From Granulicella sp. (GTDB lineage Bacteria; Acidobacteriota; Terriglobia; Terriglobales; Acidobacteriaceae), in the NCBI GenBank assembly GCA_027339965.1, contig DAHWNL010000066.1, forward strand, positions 1 through 63,273: 63,273 nucleotides of DNA. The letters run 5' to 3'. The notes under the pieces are model-generated. The model did no database searches. It saw only the letters and a program-made list of their open reading frames with translations, and had not been told where the DNA came from. Below, piece after piece: positions 31,135 to 42,046 of this stretch. Both the position numbers and the translations under genes were made by a program. The first letter of the stretch is position 1. Each line of letters begins with the position of its first letter.

Positions 31135-32940
31135 TCAGGCGATCAGGCGCGGGGCGTCCGTCTCCGGATCCGGACGTTGCGCGCTCGGCTTGGGTTGATT
31201 AGCCATATCGCTTCCAGATGGGGACTCCTCCGCGGCTACCCTTCTCGGGAACACAACGCGGAAGATCGTCCCCTGCGGTGGAAGGCTGCGAGTGCGGTAC
31301 CGGATGGAGCCTCCGTGCTCTTCGATGAAGCCGCGGGTCACCCATAGCCCAAGGCCGGTACCAGTCGAACGCTTGGTGGTGAAGAACGGAGTGAAGATGC
31401 GCTGGCGAGCAGAAACAGGAATGCCCGTGCCTCCGTCAGCGATCAGCACGGAGACCTTCCCCTGGCTGCGAAGATGCCGCCCGCGGATGTGGATGCGGCC
31501 AGACTGGAGCGCAGCGCTGGAAGGGAAGGCTTCGATGGCATTGACGATGAGATTGGAGAACACCTGGCGGATCTCTCCGCGAAGACCATGAATTTGCAGG
31601 CGTGGCTCCAGATCCACGGTACAGACGATCTTCCGGGACTCCATCTTGCGGGCGAAGAGTTCAACAACACTCAGCAGGAGTTCATTCAGGTCAATCGCAA
31701 TGGGCTGGATCGTTTCGCGGTAGAAACCCAACGTCTGTTGAGCGATCTGGGCGACTCGGGCGATCTCGGCGTCGGCGGCCTCCAACAGGCTCCGGACCGA
31801 GGCAGGCACGCCGGAGCCGGTCCGCGACAGGTAGATCAGATTGGTGACGGCCTCCAGCGGATTGTTGATCTCGTGCGCGACGCTGGCGGCCAGGCGGCCA
31901 GTCGCCGCCAGCCTCTCGCTCTGGCGCAGAGCGGTCTCCTGCGTCTTGCGCTCGGTGATGTCCTGAACCGTACCCATCAACCCGGTCATTCTTGAACTCT
32001 GCGGAGCAAAGCAGGCAGCGCCGCTGGCAGCAACCCAGGTCTGAATACCGTCGGGCGAGTCGATACGAAATTCGGCGCGGTATAGCCCTCCGGACTCCAG
32101 CAAGCCCTGCAAACCCGCTGCGGTGGGGGCTTGGTCGACGATGGAAACCACGTGTTTGCGCAGGGCCGTCCGGCGGATCGGCGTCTGAGACGGGGCGCGC
32201 AGCAGGAACGCGGCGCGCTCATCCAGAACCAGACGGTCCGTGGCGCGGTCCCAGGTCCAGGTGCCGAACTGGGCAGCGTCCAGGACGTGGCGCAGGCGGT
32301 CCGAGGTTTGGCGCTGCAAAGCGCGCGCGGACTCGGCCTTGGAGATCTCTTGTTCAAGTCTCTGCGCCAGAGACACGTTCTCCATGGCGACGCCGGCCTG
32401 CGCGGCGATGGTGGCCAGCAGATCTTCGCTGGCGGCTGGGAAGGCATCCGGTTCATGATGGCCGTAGAGCAGCCAGCCAAGAGTGCTTCCGCGCCGGTCC
32501 TTGACCGGAACGCCGAGGTAGCTGCGAACTCCCGGATGGCCCGAAGGAATCCCCGCGAAAGGCAGATTCTGGCCATACAGAGGATCCCGGGTGATGTCGC
32601 TGGAGCGGACAATCTTCTCGCCCAGCCAGCCGATACGGAAGCTCCCGTTAGACCGGGGATGCAAAAGGCAGCGGAAGATCTCGATATCCGGACCGGTCAC
32701 CTTGTAGAGACGGTAAGGCTGGCTTGCATCTCCGGCCCAGCTCCGGCTCTCCGCCGGAGTGTAGAAAAAGGCTCCGAACCGCGCTCCGCAGAGCAGCAGA
32801 CCGGCGTCAAGCGCAGTTTGGGCGATGGCATCCAGGGAGCACTCCGAGGCGAGCAGTTTGCCCGTCTCGATGAGTAGACGGAGTTGCTCCTCGGTCCGCT
32901 GGCCACCAGGTGGAGACTGTGTGACGTCGAATCCCATCAC
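31135..32940 (-). CDS. GAF/PAS sensor histidine kinase
   Basis: GAF (RSYLGVPV), PAS/PAC (GTVQDITERK), H-box AHEINNPL, N box NLIVNAIEA, G boxes DGGTGI and GTGLGL. Confidence 0.93.
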   Translation of the reverse strand: MMGFDVTQSPPGGQRTEEQLRLLIETGKLLASECSLDAIAQTALDAGLLLCGARFGAFFYTPAESRSWAGDASQPYRLYKVTGPDIEIFRCLLHPRSNGSFRIGWLGEKIVRSSDITRDPLYGQNLPFAGIPSGHPGVRSYLGVPVKDRRGSTLGWLLYGHHEPDAFPAASEDLLATIAAQAGVAMENVSLAQRLEQEISKAESARALQRQTSDRLRHVLDAAQFGTWTWDRATDRLVLDERAAFLLRAPSQTPIRRTALRKHVVSIVDQAPTAAGLQGLLESGGLYRAEFRIDSPDGIQTWVAASGAACFAPQSSRMTGLMGTVQDITERKTQETALRQSERLAATGRLAASVAHEINNPLEAVTNLIYLSRTGSGVPASVRSLLEAADAEIARVAQIAQQTLGFYRETIQPIAIDLNELLLSVVELFARKMESRKIVCTVDLEPRLQIHGLRGEIRQVFSNLIVNAIEAFPSSAALQSGRIHIRGRHLRSQGKVSVLIADGGTGIPVSARQRIFTPFFTTKRSTGTGLGLWVTRGFIEEHGGSIRYRTRSLPPQGTIFRVVFPRRVAAEESPSGSDMANQPKPSAQRPDPETDAPRLIA

Positions 32941-33032
32941 CTCATTACGATGCAGGGTTGGGCATCTGGGGAGGTCTGGCGGGGGAGGCTTGCCAGCCGG
33001 GTGGGGGCAGGCTCTCGGCGCATGCGAAAGCT

Positions 33033-33743
33033 CTAATTGCCAAAGTGCCAGTTGACCCCGGCACTCACCTGGATGTTCTTCTGCTGCTTGCTGCCGCCGT
33101 TGGGAAGGTCGGTGACGAAGTAGTGGCTCATCAGGCGCAGCTCGAAGCGATGATAGATGTTGTAGTTGATGCCGCCGCCGAACGCGTAGGTGTAGCCAAA
33201 GGCTGAGCTCGCCAATGTGTTGCCGGAGGGATACTCGCCGTCCGTGGCGTCTGTAAGCCCCACCAGAGCCTCGGCGAAGATGCCGCCACGGCGGCTCCAG
33301 AGGGTGGGCGAGATGTGGCCGAGGTTGAAGGTATATCGTCCGCCGCCCAGAAAGCTTGCCTGGTGGATATCAATCTGAGTGCGCAGGTTGGTAACGGCCA
33401 GGCCGTTCAAGGAGACGACCGGACCGAAACCGTGGAAGGCCGTATAGGCCAGATCCACGGTGGCTCCGCGTAGATAGAAGTAATCTGACGGCGAGGATCC
33501 CACGAACTTGGATCGTTGCTGGGTATAAGTCATGCCCAGATCCATGGGTGCCTGAGCACGGACGAGCGCCGGGGTTACCGCCATCGGCAAGACAAGCAAC
33601 GCAAACGCGGCTGTCCGCAGGCCCATACGGCACCAGGCTCCGCTCAGCCAATCCAATACACAGCGGAAGATGCCGGCCAGTCCGTGACCGGGGAGCATCA
33701 TCCTGGATCGTGGTGTATGGGTCTGGCGCATGCCGAGAGTCAC
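33033..33743 (-). CDS. Small outer-membrane beta-barrel protein (start uncertain)
   Basis: Signal peptide ending VRA-Q; about eight amphipathic strands (FLGGGRYTF, FGGGINYNI, IQVSAGVNWHF); starts 6 nt after the Ig-repeat gene. Confidence 0.78.
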   Translation of the reverse strand: MTLGMRQTHTPRSRMMLPGHGLAGIFRCVLDWLSGAWCRMGLRTAAFALLVLPMAVTPALVRAQAPMDLGMTYTQQRSKFVGSSPSDYFYLRGATVDLAYTAFHGFGPVVSLNGLAVTNLRTQIDIHQASFLGGGRYTFNLGHISPTLWSRRGGIFAEALVGLTDATDGEYPSGNTLASSAFGYTYAFGGGINYNIYHRFELRLMSHYFVTDLPNGGSKQQKNIQVSAGVNWHFGN

Positions 33744-33749
33744 TCCTGA

Positions 33750-36700
33750 TTACTGGACGGTGAGCTTGAGATAGGTGGATCGGACTAGATTGCCGGAAGT
33801 AGCGGTCACGGTGAGGTTGTAAGTCTGCGGGGTCTGGCCGTAGTAACCGCTGGAGGGCGACGAGATGCAACCAGAGAGGCCGGCTGTGATCGCCAGCAGG
33901 AAACAGATGGAACCGAAGATTGAGGTGAATCGGCTTCGGCGCCGGAACCATCCCAAGGGAAGCGCGACCACGGCCAGGGTTGCGGGGAGATAGCCCAGCG
34001 GAGAGTGGGAGCGTGTGGAGGAACGGCCCTTGGCCGGACGCCGCAGATGTGAGGTCTGGAGCAGATTGGCGGCCGTCACCGCAAAGGTCACCGAGGTCGC
34101 GCCTGAGCCTGCGGCGACGGAGGTGGGTGTGAGCGTCCCGGTGACGGTGCTGGGCAACCCGGAGAAGCTCAGCGAGATGGGACCGGGCAGCGTGCTGGTG
34201 ATGATGGGGGTGACAACCAGCGGATAGCTCGTCGTTCCGCCGGCGATGGTCGAGCCGCTGCTCGATCCTCCCGAGGCGACGGTGATGGAGAAGTCCGCTA
34301 CGGTTTGCGCGTAAATGGGTGAAGTAACGCCCGCGTAGGTGGAACTGCCGGAGTAAACGGCAGTGAGGCTGTGCGTGCCCGCATAGACAAAACTTACCGA
34401 GATGGTTGCCGCACCGTTGACCACCGCCCCCGAGCCAATCGGTGTCGTCCCGTCAAAGAAGCTCACCGTACCCGTGGGCGCGGCTCCGGCAACCACCGGC
34501 GTCAGCACCGCGGTCAGAAGAGTGGGGTTGTCCAGAAACACCGGATTGATCGAGCTGGTGAGAGCGATGTTGACGCTGCCGAGCACTGTTTCCACCACGG
34601 TATTGGAGGTCGAGGTCTGGTCGTCACCGGAGTACACCGCAACCAGGTTGTAGATCCCCGGTTGCGGAAAGCTAGTCACCAGCGTCGCCACGCCGCCGTT
34701 GAGGGTGGCCGTGCCGATGGTCGTTCCGTTGCTCTGGAAGGCGATGGTTCCCGTAGCTGTTCCAGAGGCGGCTGAGACGACAGCCGTGAGCATCGTGCTG
34801 CCATTGACGGCGACAGGATTCACCGAGCTGGTGAGCCTTACGGAGGTGGTAAAGCCCACCACCTGGGTCAGGGAGGCGCTGCCGCCCTGGGTGTTCGTGG
34901 TGCTGACGTACACCGCTTGAATGGGATAAGATCCGGCCGCCGGAAAACTGTCGCTGATGCTGGCCACGCCCACCGTGCCCGAGCGATCCGTGACCGTGGC
35001 GCTTCCGATCAGCACCCCCGCACTATAAAACGACACCGTGCCGCCGGGTGGGGTAGGACCCGTGGTCGTGATGGTCAGGGTAAAGATGGTGGATTGATTG
35101 ATGGCCGATGGGTTGACGCTGCTGGTCAGGCTGAACGTGGCAGGTTCCACGACGAAGATGTCGTTGCTGGTCACGGTGGTCGCCACACCGCTGGGAATGT
35201 AGGGAGAGGACAGCGTAGCGCTGGCCGTATACGTGCCGTAGGCGTTCAGTTGCAAACCGGACGTGGCTGGAATTGTGAGCACGCCGTTGTCCGACGCCGG
35301 GATGGTAAAGGTAGCGCCCCCCAGAAAGACGCCGTTGCTGCCGGCGCTGGAGCTAAAGGTGACACTCCCGCTAAAGTCGGTGGCGACACTGCCATTGGAC
35401 TGATAGGCCGTGAGGATCAGCTCCACGGAGTTGCCCTTATCGATGGTCGAGGGCGTGGCGACCAGGGTGAAGTAGGCCACGTTGGAGAGGCCGATGCCGA
35501 AGAGCGAGGCGCTGCCCGTGGTACCCGTTGCGCTGCCCGAAGCGCTGGTGGTGAGCACAAGGTTGGCTGTGTTCGGCCCCACCACTGTGGGCTGGAAGTC
35601 CAGCGCCACATTGCAGACCTGGCCGATGGCAAAGGTTGCCCCGCTGCCGGTTGGACAGGTGCTGCCGTTGTTGGCCAGAAGGAAGGCGGCCGAGTTGGTG
35701 CCGCTGAAGCTGGGGTCGGGGCTGACGCTGAGGGAACTGGTCGCGTTGCCGGTCTCCTGAACGGCCAGCAGCTCGGGATCATCACTGCTGTCCAGATCGC
35801 CGACAATGGTGGGAGTAGGGAAATCGACCGTCGCAGTGGAGCGCTCGATGGTGATCAGGCCAAGGTCGGTGTCGCTGAGGATCAGGTCTCCGTTGCCCTG
35901 AATCAGGATGCCCGCGGGAGCCTCCAAGGTGTACGGCGTCTGAGTATTGGTGGAAGTGCTGGTGTAAGCGTTGAGCACAAACTGGTCGCCGCTCACGGTG
36001 GACTCTACGATGCGGCTGTTGCCCGTATCGGCAATGTAGACCGTGCCCGCTGCATCCACGGCTACGCCTGTGGGGGCTTTCAGGGGCAGAGAGGTCAGGC
36101 TCAGAACAGTGGTCGCAAGACTGGTGATGGGGAACTGGACCACGCGGCTGTTGCCCGTGTCCGCCACGTACAGGTTGTTGTTCGCGTCGATGGCCAGGCC
36201 GGTTGGTCCGGAGAGACTGGCGCCAGACCCCGTGAGCTTGAGCGCCATAGCCAGATTCCCTCCCAACACGTCCTGATAGATGGTGTTGGTCTTGCTATCG
36301 GCGATATAAAGGTCGCCGGAGTTATCAATGGCCAGGCCGGCGGGCTGGGTAAGGGTAATGCCGTCAGGAAGCGTGAGAGCGGTAGGAGTGGAGCTGCCGT
36401 AGAGGATCTCATAGACAGAGGTTCCCGAGGAAACAAACAGGTTGCCGGCTCCATCCATCACCAGCCCTGAACTGGCCGAGAGATTCAGAGGCGCGCCAGA
36501 GGTCACGACCGAGAAGGCTCCCGTGCTGGACTCCTCCAGAATGCGGTTATCCGATACATCCGTGAAGAAGATATCCCCCGCTCCATCCTGTACCGCCGCG
36601 CCGGAGGTGAATGCGTTGGGGGTGAGAGCCGGGGAGCCGCTGACGGTAACCGCCGTGGCTGGCGAGAACACCAGCTGCGGACCCACTCCGACGCCGGAGA

Positions 36701-37124
36701 GATAGATCGTATTCACGATGGCGCCGGCGGTATCGGTGATCAGCAGCGCCCCCAGGCGGAGGCCGATCTGCGTGGGCGTAAAGGCCAGCTTCACCTCACA
36801 GGTGTCCGGGTAGGTGACCGTGATATTGGTACAGTTGGTGGTGAGGACCGAAAAATCTTCCTTGGGTGAGCCGTAGGTCACCGCTGTAACACTCTGGATC
36901 GCAACCCCGCTCGATCCAGGGCTGCCGGTGAAGTCCTGGGTATAGATTCCCGTAGCGCCAACATTGACGCTGCTGAAGTTGATTGCCGTACTCGGTGACA
37001 GCCCCTGCCCCGGGGCGGATGAGATGCACAACCCCAGGAGGAGAAACACAACCCAGGAACGAGCTACCGCGAGCGTGATTCCGTGCCTGCTCAGGAGATT
37101 GCCGCGGAGCGAGACAGTCATCAT
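33750..37124 (-). CDS. Large surface protein: NHL-repeat beta-propeller plus bacterial Ig-like repeats, with C-terminal TM/lipobox region
   Basis: NHL repeats (PxGLAxDxxGxLYIADTGNSRV), Ig-like repeats (LTSSVNP...GTVSF...AVYSG), Thr/Ser-rich; GGAGG before ATG. Confidence 0.88.
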   Translation of the reverse strand: MMTVSLRGNLLSRHGITLAVARSWVVFLLLGLCISSAPGQGLSPSTAINFSSVNVGATGIYTQDFTGSPGSSGVAIQSVTAVTYGSPKEDFSVLTTNCTNITVTYPDTCEVKLAFTPTQIGLRLGALLITDTAGAIVNTIYLSGVGVGPQLVFSPATAVTVSGSPALTPNAFTSGAAVQDGAGDIFFTDVSDNRILEESSTGAFSVVTSGAPLNLSASSGLVMDGAGNLFVSSGTSVYEILYGSSTPTALTLPDGITLTQPAGLAIDNSGDLYIADSKTNTIYQDVLGGNLAMALKLTGSGASLSGPTGLAIDANNNLYVADTGNSRVVQFPITSLATTVLSLTSLPLKAPTGVAVDAAGTVYIADTGNSRIVESTVSGDQFVLNAYTSTSTNTQTPYTLEAPAGILIQGNGDLILSDTDLGLITIERSTATVDFPTPTIVGDLDSSDDPELLAVQETGNATSSLSVSPDPSFSGTNSAAFLLANNGSTCPTGSGATFAIGQVCNVALDFQPTVVGPNTANLVLTTSASGSATGTTGSASLFGIGLSNVAYFTLVATPSTIDKGNSVELILTAYQSNGSVATDFSGSVTFSSSAGSNGVFLGGATFTIPASDNGVLTIPATSGLQLNAYGTYTASATLSSPYIPSGVATTVTSNDIFVVEPATFSLTSSVNPSAINQSTIFTLTITTTGPTPPGGTVSFYSAGVLIGSATVTDRSGTVGVASISDSFPAAGSYPIQAVYVSTTNTQGGSASLTQVVGFTTSVRLTSSVNPVAVNGSTMLTAVVSAASGTATGTIAFQSNGTTIGTATLNGGVATLVTSFPQPGIYNLVAVYSGDDQTSTSNTVVETVLGSVNIALTSSINPVFLDNPTLLTAVLTPVVAGAAPTGTVSFFDGTTPIGSGAVVNGAATISVSFVYAGTHSLTAVYSGSSTYAGVTSPIYAQTVADFSITVASGGSSSGSTIAGGTTSYPLVVTPIITSTLPGPISLSFSGLPSTVTGTLTPTSVAAGSGATSVTFAVTAANLLQTSHLRRPAKGRSSTRSHSPLGYLPATLAVVALPLGWFRRRSRFTSIFGSICFLLAITAGLSGCISSPSSGYYGQTPQTYNLTVTATSGNLVRSTYLKLTVQ

Positions 37125-37795
37125 TCCTCCAACAAGGGCCGGTAATTCACAGGACAAGCTTGGTCCCCGAGGTCGATCTGCTTTGGCCGCCCTGACGAAA
37201 GGGGCGATGGCAAACCTTGGCCCCGCTCGGCGGAGGATTCCCCGCCAGGAATCCCGTCAGCAGTTCAGTCCATCGATCCGTTTTCAGATGAAAACAGACA
37301 CATAAAACGAGTAGTGACGCGCCAAGAATACCATCTCTCCCGTTGAATTCACTAAATAATTCAAATCATCTCTGGGTGCTTAAAAGAGGATTCTTACGAA
37401 AGGTCCAAAACGTAGCACCGCAATCACCTTGCATGAGAAAGCTCTGGACGGGAAAGAACCAAAGCGGATACGTCCCGGGAGCCGGCGGCGCAGTTGGGAG
37501 AAGAGAAGAACTGCCGGCGGGGCAGGCTCGGTGGGATCGTTCAGCTAGCCTCCCCTTCTCCGCCCGCACCGTCTCGGGGGGTGGCGTAGAAGGGCACCCC
37601 GGCTGGAGTGGTTTTGGCCTGGGGAGGTGCATTGCAGGCCGTCAGGCGGCTGTGAGACCAAAGCGCCTCAAGCGCCGGACTGGATCGGCTCTGCGGCTGT
37701 GGCCGATCCAGCCCCGGCTGACGTCGGGAGCATCTTCGCGGGGGAAGAAGCCGCCGGGCTCTTCAAGCCGGAGTCGCGCCCACAAGAGGTAGTCT

Positions 37796-39712
37796 TTACT
37801 GGCCGGAGACCGGGGCGATGATGGCGTCGAGACGGTCTGGCGCGTTGTCGACGCGTTCCAGTTGCGGATAGCGTTCGCCGCCGTGGTAGTTGATGGAGAT
37901 CACCTTGAAGACACCGGTGTTTTCAACGATCAGGTTGATGGCCGGACCATTGCCCTTGGCATTGTCGATGGCGGCGCGGAGCAGGCCAGGGGTGAAGGCT
38001 CGATCGTTTACGGCGATGATCTGGAAGCCGGGAGCGAGACCTGCGTGGTACCCGACGCCGCCGACGATGACGTCGCCCACCGTGCCGTTGGCGCTCACCG
38101 TGAAGCCGAGCGAGTAGGTTGCGTCCAGGCCATCGCTCTCATTCAGTTGCGACCAGTAGTTGGGCTTGTCGGTGTAGACCAACTGGTAGCCGGAGAGGGC
38201 GTCGATGCCCGCCATCTCCGGCGCATGAAGCTGGTTGGAGTCCAGCCGGGTGCGCAGGAAGGTTGCCCAGTCGTTGGGCACAACGGCGTTCAGACCGCTG
38301 ACGATGTCCGCAAAGGTATACGGCACAACTTCAGGCGGGGTGTTACCGCCCAGACCCTCAAAGGCCGCCAGAAAGTTGTTCAGGCTTTTTTTGCCTTTGG
38401 TCTTGGCGCGGATGGTTTCGTCAACCTCCAGCCAAAGCAGGTCGCCTTCATTGTAGTAGTCCACGTTGCGGCGCCAGTTGTCATAGGCGCCTCCAGCGTT
38501 GTAGAGGATCTGCGCGGCAGTCGCGGTATCCTGCAAATCGCGCCAGGTTCGCCCCGGGCGGGCATCGTCCAGGTCGGCTGCAATCGTGGCGAGCCGGTCG
38601 CGGAAGACCTCCGGACTCCAGATGCCGCAACGGGCGGCGAGAACATCACCCAGGTAGTTGGTCAGTCCTTCATAGACCCATAGGAGGTCCCCTTTCATCG
38701 GTTCCTGGTAGTTGTCGGTGGCCAGACCGGCGGGCCGGCGATACTTTCCGTTCCAGGAGTGAGTAAACTCGTGCGGCAGCAGATCCCCCGCCTCAGCGAA
38801 CATACCCTCATCGATGAAGGTCTTCTCCGGGACGCGGTCGTCGGAGGATTGATGATGCTCGAGGCCGAAGTGCGCAACCTGATCTGAAAGCGTCACCAGG
38901 AAGTGATAAGAGTTGTAATGGCGGGAGTTGTACAGAACTCCCGTCTCGCGCACCAGCTTGGAAAACTGGTCGATGTGTTGCTGAGAGAGAGCCAGATCCT
39001 CTGGACCATCACCGGCCAGGTCAAGGTAGTGCCGGGGGGTAACGTCCGGGGCTAGATCGATCTCCCGGAAGTAGCGGCCTGAGAGGACGGGCGAGTCGAT
39101 GAGCTGATACAAGGAGACCGTCTTGAAGACCACATAGGAGGAGCCTTTCGTAGCGTCTCCGGTGGGCTCCAGCGCCGTTCCGAAGCGCCAGCCCGGGGGG
39201 AGGGTGATGGACGGCGACACCAGGATGTCATCCACCTTGGTGTGGGCGATGTCTCCGTTGAGCGGATAGACCAGAACGGTGTTCCAGCTCAATAAAGCGA
39301 GATTGGCGCTGGTAGAGCCGCCCTCCGTGAAGTTGCCGGCTCCGGTTGCCAGGAAGTCCATCTTGACATCGAGCTGGGAGACTCCAGCCGGAACCGTGAT
39401 GCGATAACTGTACATATCCACCGGATCCCGCTCCCACTTCACGCTCTGGCCGCCCGGGGTAGTAATGGAGAATCCGGCCTGGTTGATGAGGGGACCCGTA
39501 GGGCCGTGCTCGCCGGGAATCCACTCCGGATAGACAAGGGTCATCGGGATGGGTTGAGAGCTGGAAGCAACTGGAATGGTCTCCGTGGCGTGCAGGATCT
39601 TTCGGGGGGCATCCGTGAGATCAACCGCGAGGGTGATGGGGCTGGACTGCGCAGCGGCGGCCATCGCGGAGGCGCTCAGTATGGCAAGGCAGATGCGGCG
39701 AAGGATCGACAT
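37796..39712 (-). CDS. M61 family metallopeptidase with C-terminal PDZ domain
   Basis: PEWIPGEH, GLEH, HEFTHSWNGK zinc motif, LWVYEGLT; PDZ-like C-terminus. Confidence 0.93.
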   Translation of the reverse strand: MSILRRICLAILSASAMAAAAQSSPITLAVDLTDAPRKILHATETIPVASSSQPIPMTLVYPEWIPGEHGPTGPLINQAGFSITTPGGQSVKWERDPVDMYSYRITVPAGVSQLDVKMDFLATGAGNFTEGGSTSANLALLSWNTVLVYPLNGDIAHTKVDDILVSPSITLPPGWRFGTALEPTGDATKGSSYVVFKTVSLYQLIDSPVLSGRYFREIDLAPDVTPRHYLDLAGDGPEDLALSQQHIDQFSKLVRETGVLYNSRHYNSYHFLVTLSDQVAHFGLEHHQSSDDRVPEKTFIDEGMFAEAGDLLPHEFTHSWNGKYRRPAGLATDNYQEPMKGDLLWVYEGLTNYLGDVLAARCGIWSPEVFRDRLATIAADLDDARPGRTWRDLQDTATAAQILYNAGGAYDNWRRNVDYYNEGDLLWLEVDETIRAKTKGKKSLNNFLAAFEGLGGNTPPEVVPYTFADIVSGLNAVVPNDWATFLRTRLDSNQLHAPEMAGIDALSGYQLVYTDKPNYWSQLNESDGLDATYSLGFTVSANGTVGDVIVGGVGYHAGLAPGFQIIAVNDRAFTPGLLRAAIDNAKGNGPAINLIVENTGVFKVISINYHGGERYPQLERVDNAPDRLDAIIAPVSGQ

Positions 39713-39898
39713 GGCTCATTGACTCCTGGTAGGGAGACTAACATCCGCGGCTTCCTGAGAGACGGCTGCCCCCAGAAGACCAGATACGCGAAACATACTG
39801 CGCCCGACGGCAAGCCCCGGTGCTTCGCGCGCGTTCGGCTTCCGTTGATTAAGATCTAACGTGATGGCTGCATCTCATTCCATGGATGATGTCTTGCA

Positions 39899-40540
39899 TC
39901 AGACGCGGCCGGCGCGTTTCTGCGCGATCACCAGACCCCGCGGCGTGGGCAACAAAATGACCGAGATCAATCCTGCTGCCTCCATCTTCAGCGCCGCCTC
40001 ACGGACGACTTTGAGGTGGGAGCTGGCATCGTGCATCAGGATGATCCCGTGCGGCTTGATCTGGGGCAGAAATCGCCGGATCTCCTGCTCGCGAATCGGC
40101 ATATCGCTATCGCTGAAGAAGATGTCGATCATTCCATCGACCTGCATCTCTAGACTCGATTCATTGCGCAGCTCAATCCAGGCCTCAAGGCCAGAGGCGG
40201 AGATCGTCTCTTTCGCCTTGCCAAACACGACTGGATCGTACTCGCAGCTCACGATCTTGCCGAAACCGTTTTGCTTCAACCCTTCGGCAAGCCAGAGGGT
40301 GCTGACGCCCAGAAAGGATCCCGTCTCAACCACTCGATCCGGTTTCACGGTGGTGACCAGCGTGCGCAAAAACTCCAGCACTTCGGCTTCGGCGGTCATG
40401 GAGTCGTACATGCTCCACCGCTCCGGGTGCGGACATTCCGGCGTCGCTCGATGATACTCCGTGAGCAGCGCTCCCTTGGCTCGCTCGGCCTGACGCATCA
40501 CCTTGTGCTCTTGCTTCAGCTTCTTACCAAACAGCGCCAT
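39899..40540 (-). CDS. Class I SAM-dependent (O-)methyltransferase
   Basis: VVETGSFLGVSTLWLA motif I; DIFFSD. Confidence 0.85.
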   Translation of the reverse strand: MALFGKKLKQEHKVMRQAERAKGALLTEYHRATPECPHPERWSMYDSMTAEAEVLEFLRTLVTTVKPDRVVETGSFLGVSTLWLAEGLKQNGFGKIVSCEYDPVVFGKAKETISASGLEAWIELRNESSLEMQVDGMIDIFFSDSDMPIREQEIRRFLPQIKPHGIILMHDASSHLKVVREAALKMEAAGLISVILLPTPRGLVIAQKRAGRV

Positions 40541-40865
40541 GCGCCTGACGGTTCTCCCCGTGGTCTCCCCATTCTAGTCCGCTGCGATTCGTAGATGGAA
40601 GGGTGCCGGCCGCGGCAGCCCGAGAAGATCAGCCAAGACGCCGTGCGAGGAAGGTCGTACCTGGCGGCGATCATTCTTTTGTGCCGCTGCAACCCGCACA
40701 AAACAACATTCAGAGGTCGGTCTGGGTCTGTGGCCCAAGGGGTCAGGGAAGGGGCGGTCTTTTGAGTGGAGATGCCCCGCGGATCCTTCGGGCACATTGC
40801 TTGCGGCAAGAGAGCTTGCGCAGCGATGTCGCAGATGATTGCCCTCAATCTCACGGGACGAAGTT

Positions 40866-41201
40866 CTACCACATGCCCCAGGAACGGCTCATATAATCGC
40901 TCATGGTCATGGTCACCATCACCAGGAACATGAAGACTCCTGCGCCGATGGTCAGCTTGATGAGGCGTGACTGGAAGGCCGCGTGCATGAAAAATAGCGC
41001 TCCGATGGTCGCCTGGGTGCAAGCGATTCCTACGGCGACCACCGCATTGGCCCATTTGAGATCCACAAACGCCGCCGCGCAGGTCAGCCCCGTCAAGGCC
41101 AGCATGATGATATAGACAAAAAAGTACTGGAGCGGAGTCACGATGCGATGCTGGGCGTGCTCTGGATTGTCGAGGTGGGCGTGAGTGGCTTGATCAGTCA
41201 T
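40866..41201 (-). CDS. Cytochrome c oxidase subunit IV
   Basis: Three TM helices, FFMH motif; last gene of the oxidase operon; ATG 41201 after AAGGA. Confidence 0.88.
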   Translation of the reverse strand: MTDQATHAHLDNPEHAQHRIVTPLQYFFVYIIMLALTGLTCAAAFVDLKWANAVVAVGIACTQATIGALFFMHAAFQSRLIKLTIGAGVFMFLVMVTMTMSDYMSRSWGMW

Positions 41202-41287
41202 CGTATTTCCTTGGAGTTCCCTGGCCCTGCAGGGCAGCAGGCCGAACCGGGAAGTAGCAGTTCGGTCCGTCTGCCGGACCAGGCGTT

Positions 41288-42046
41288 TCAGTGCATGGGA
41301 TGACGGTTGATGAGATAGAGCAAAGGGTAAAGAAACAGCCAAACGACATCAATGAAGTGCCAGTACAGAGCGAAGTTCTCCACCGGCGCCACATAACCGG
41401 CGCTGAAGTCGCCGCGCCTGGCCCTGGAAATGAGCCAGCAGAGAATGCCGAGACCGATGATCATGTGCAGGGCGTGCATGCCGGTCATGGCAAAGTACAG
41501 GAAGAAGAAGACCTGGGTCTTTTGGGCCATGTCCGGAGGCAGAGGAGCCTCCTTGATCCCGTAGCCGGCGGGGTTGGTGAACATGGAGATATTGAAGTTG
41601 TTGCCGGGGATATGATGCAGCTCATACTTCTCGTGATACTCGCCGTACTTGAGACTCAGGAAGAGGACGCCCAGCAGCGTGGTCGTCACCAGCATGGCCA
41701 CCAGCAGCGAGCGTCTGCGCACCTCGGCCGCCCACACGCCGACGGCCATGCAGAAGCCGGAGGTGATCAGCACCATTGTGTTGATCGTGCCGATTCGGAC
41801 GCTCAACTGGTTGGAGGCTACCACGAAGGCAGGGTAGTACCAGTTGCGGTACAGAAGGTATGCCAGGAACATGCCGCCAAAGAACATGATTTCGGTCAGC
41901 AGAAACAGCCACATTCCGAAGCTGCCTGCCTCCCGCTGCTGCTCGACAGTCTCGAAGTGGTGGCGATGCTGAGGCAGAGAGACGTGGCCGTGCTCCTGTC
42001 CGGCATGGAGATCGGCTGGATCGGTTGTCGCCAGTGCGCTATCCAA
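41288..42046 (-). CDS. ctaE: Cytochrome c oxidase subunit III
   Basis: [21 protein letters not shown] and [10 protein letters not shown] motifs. Confidence 0.93.
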   Translation of the reverse strand: MDSALATTDPADLHAGQEHGHVSLPQHRHHFETVEQQREAGSFGMWLFLLTEIMFFGGMFLAYLLYRNWYYPAFVVASNQLSVRIGTINTMVLITSGFCMAVGVWAAEVRRRSLLVAMLVTTTLLGVLFLSLKYGEYHEKYELHHIPGNNFNISMFTNPAGYGIKEAPLPPDMAQKTQVFFFLYFAMTGMHALHMIIGLGILCWLISRARRGDFSAGYVAPVENFALYWHFIDVVWLFLYPLLYLINRHPMH

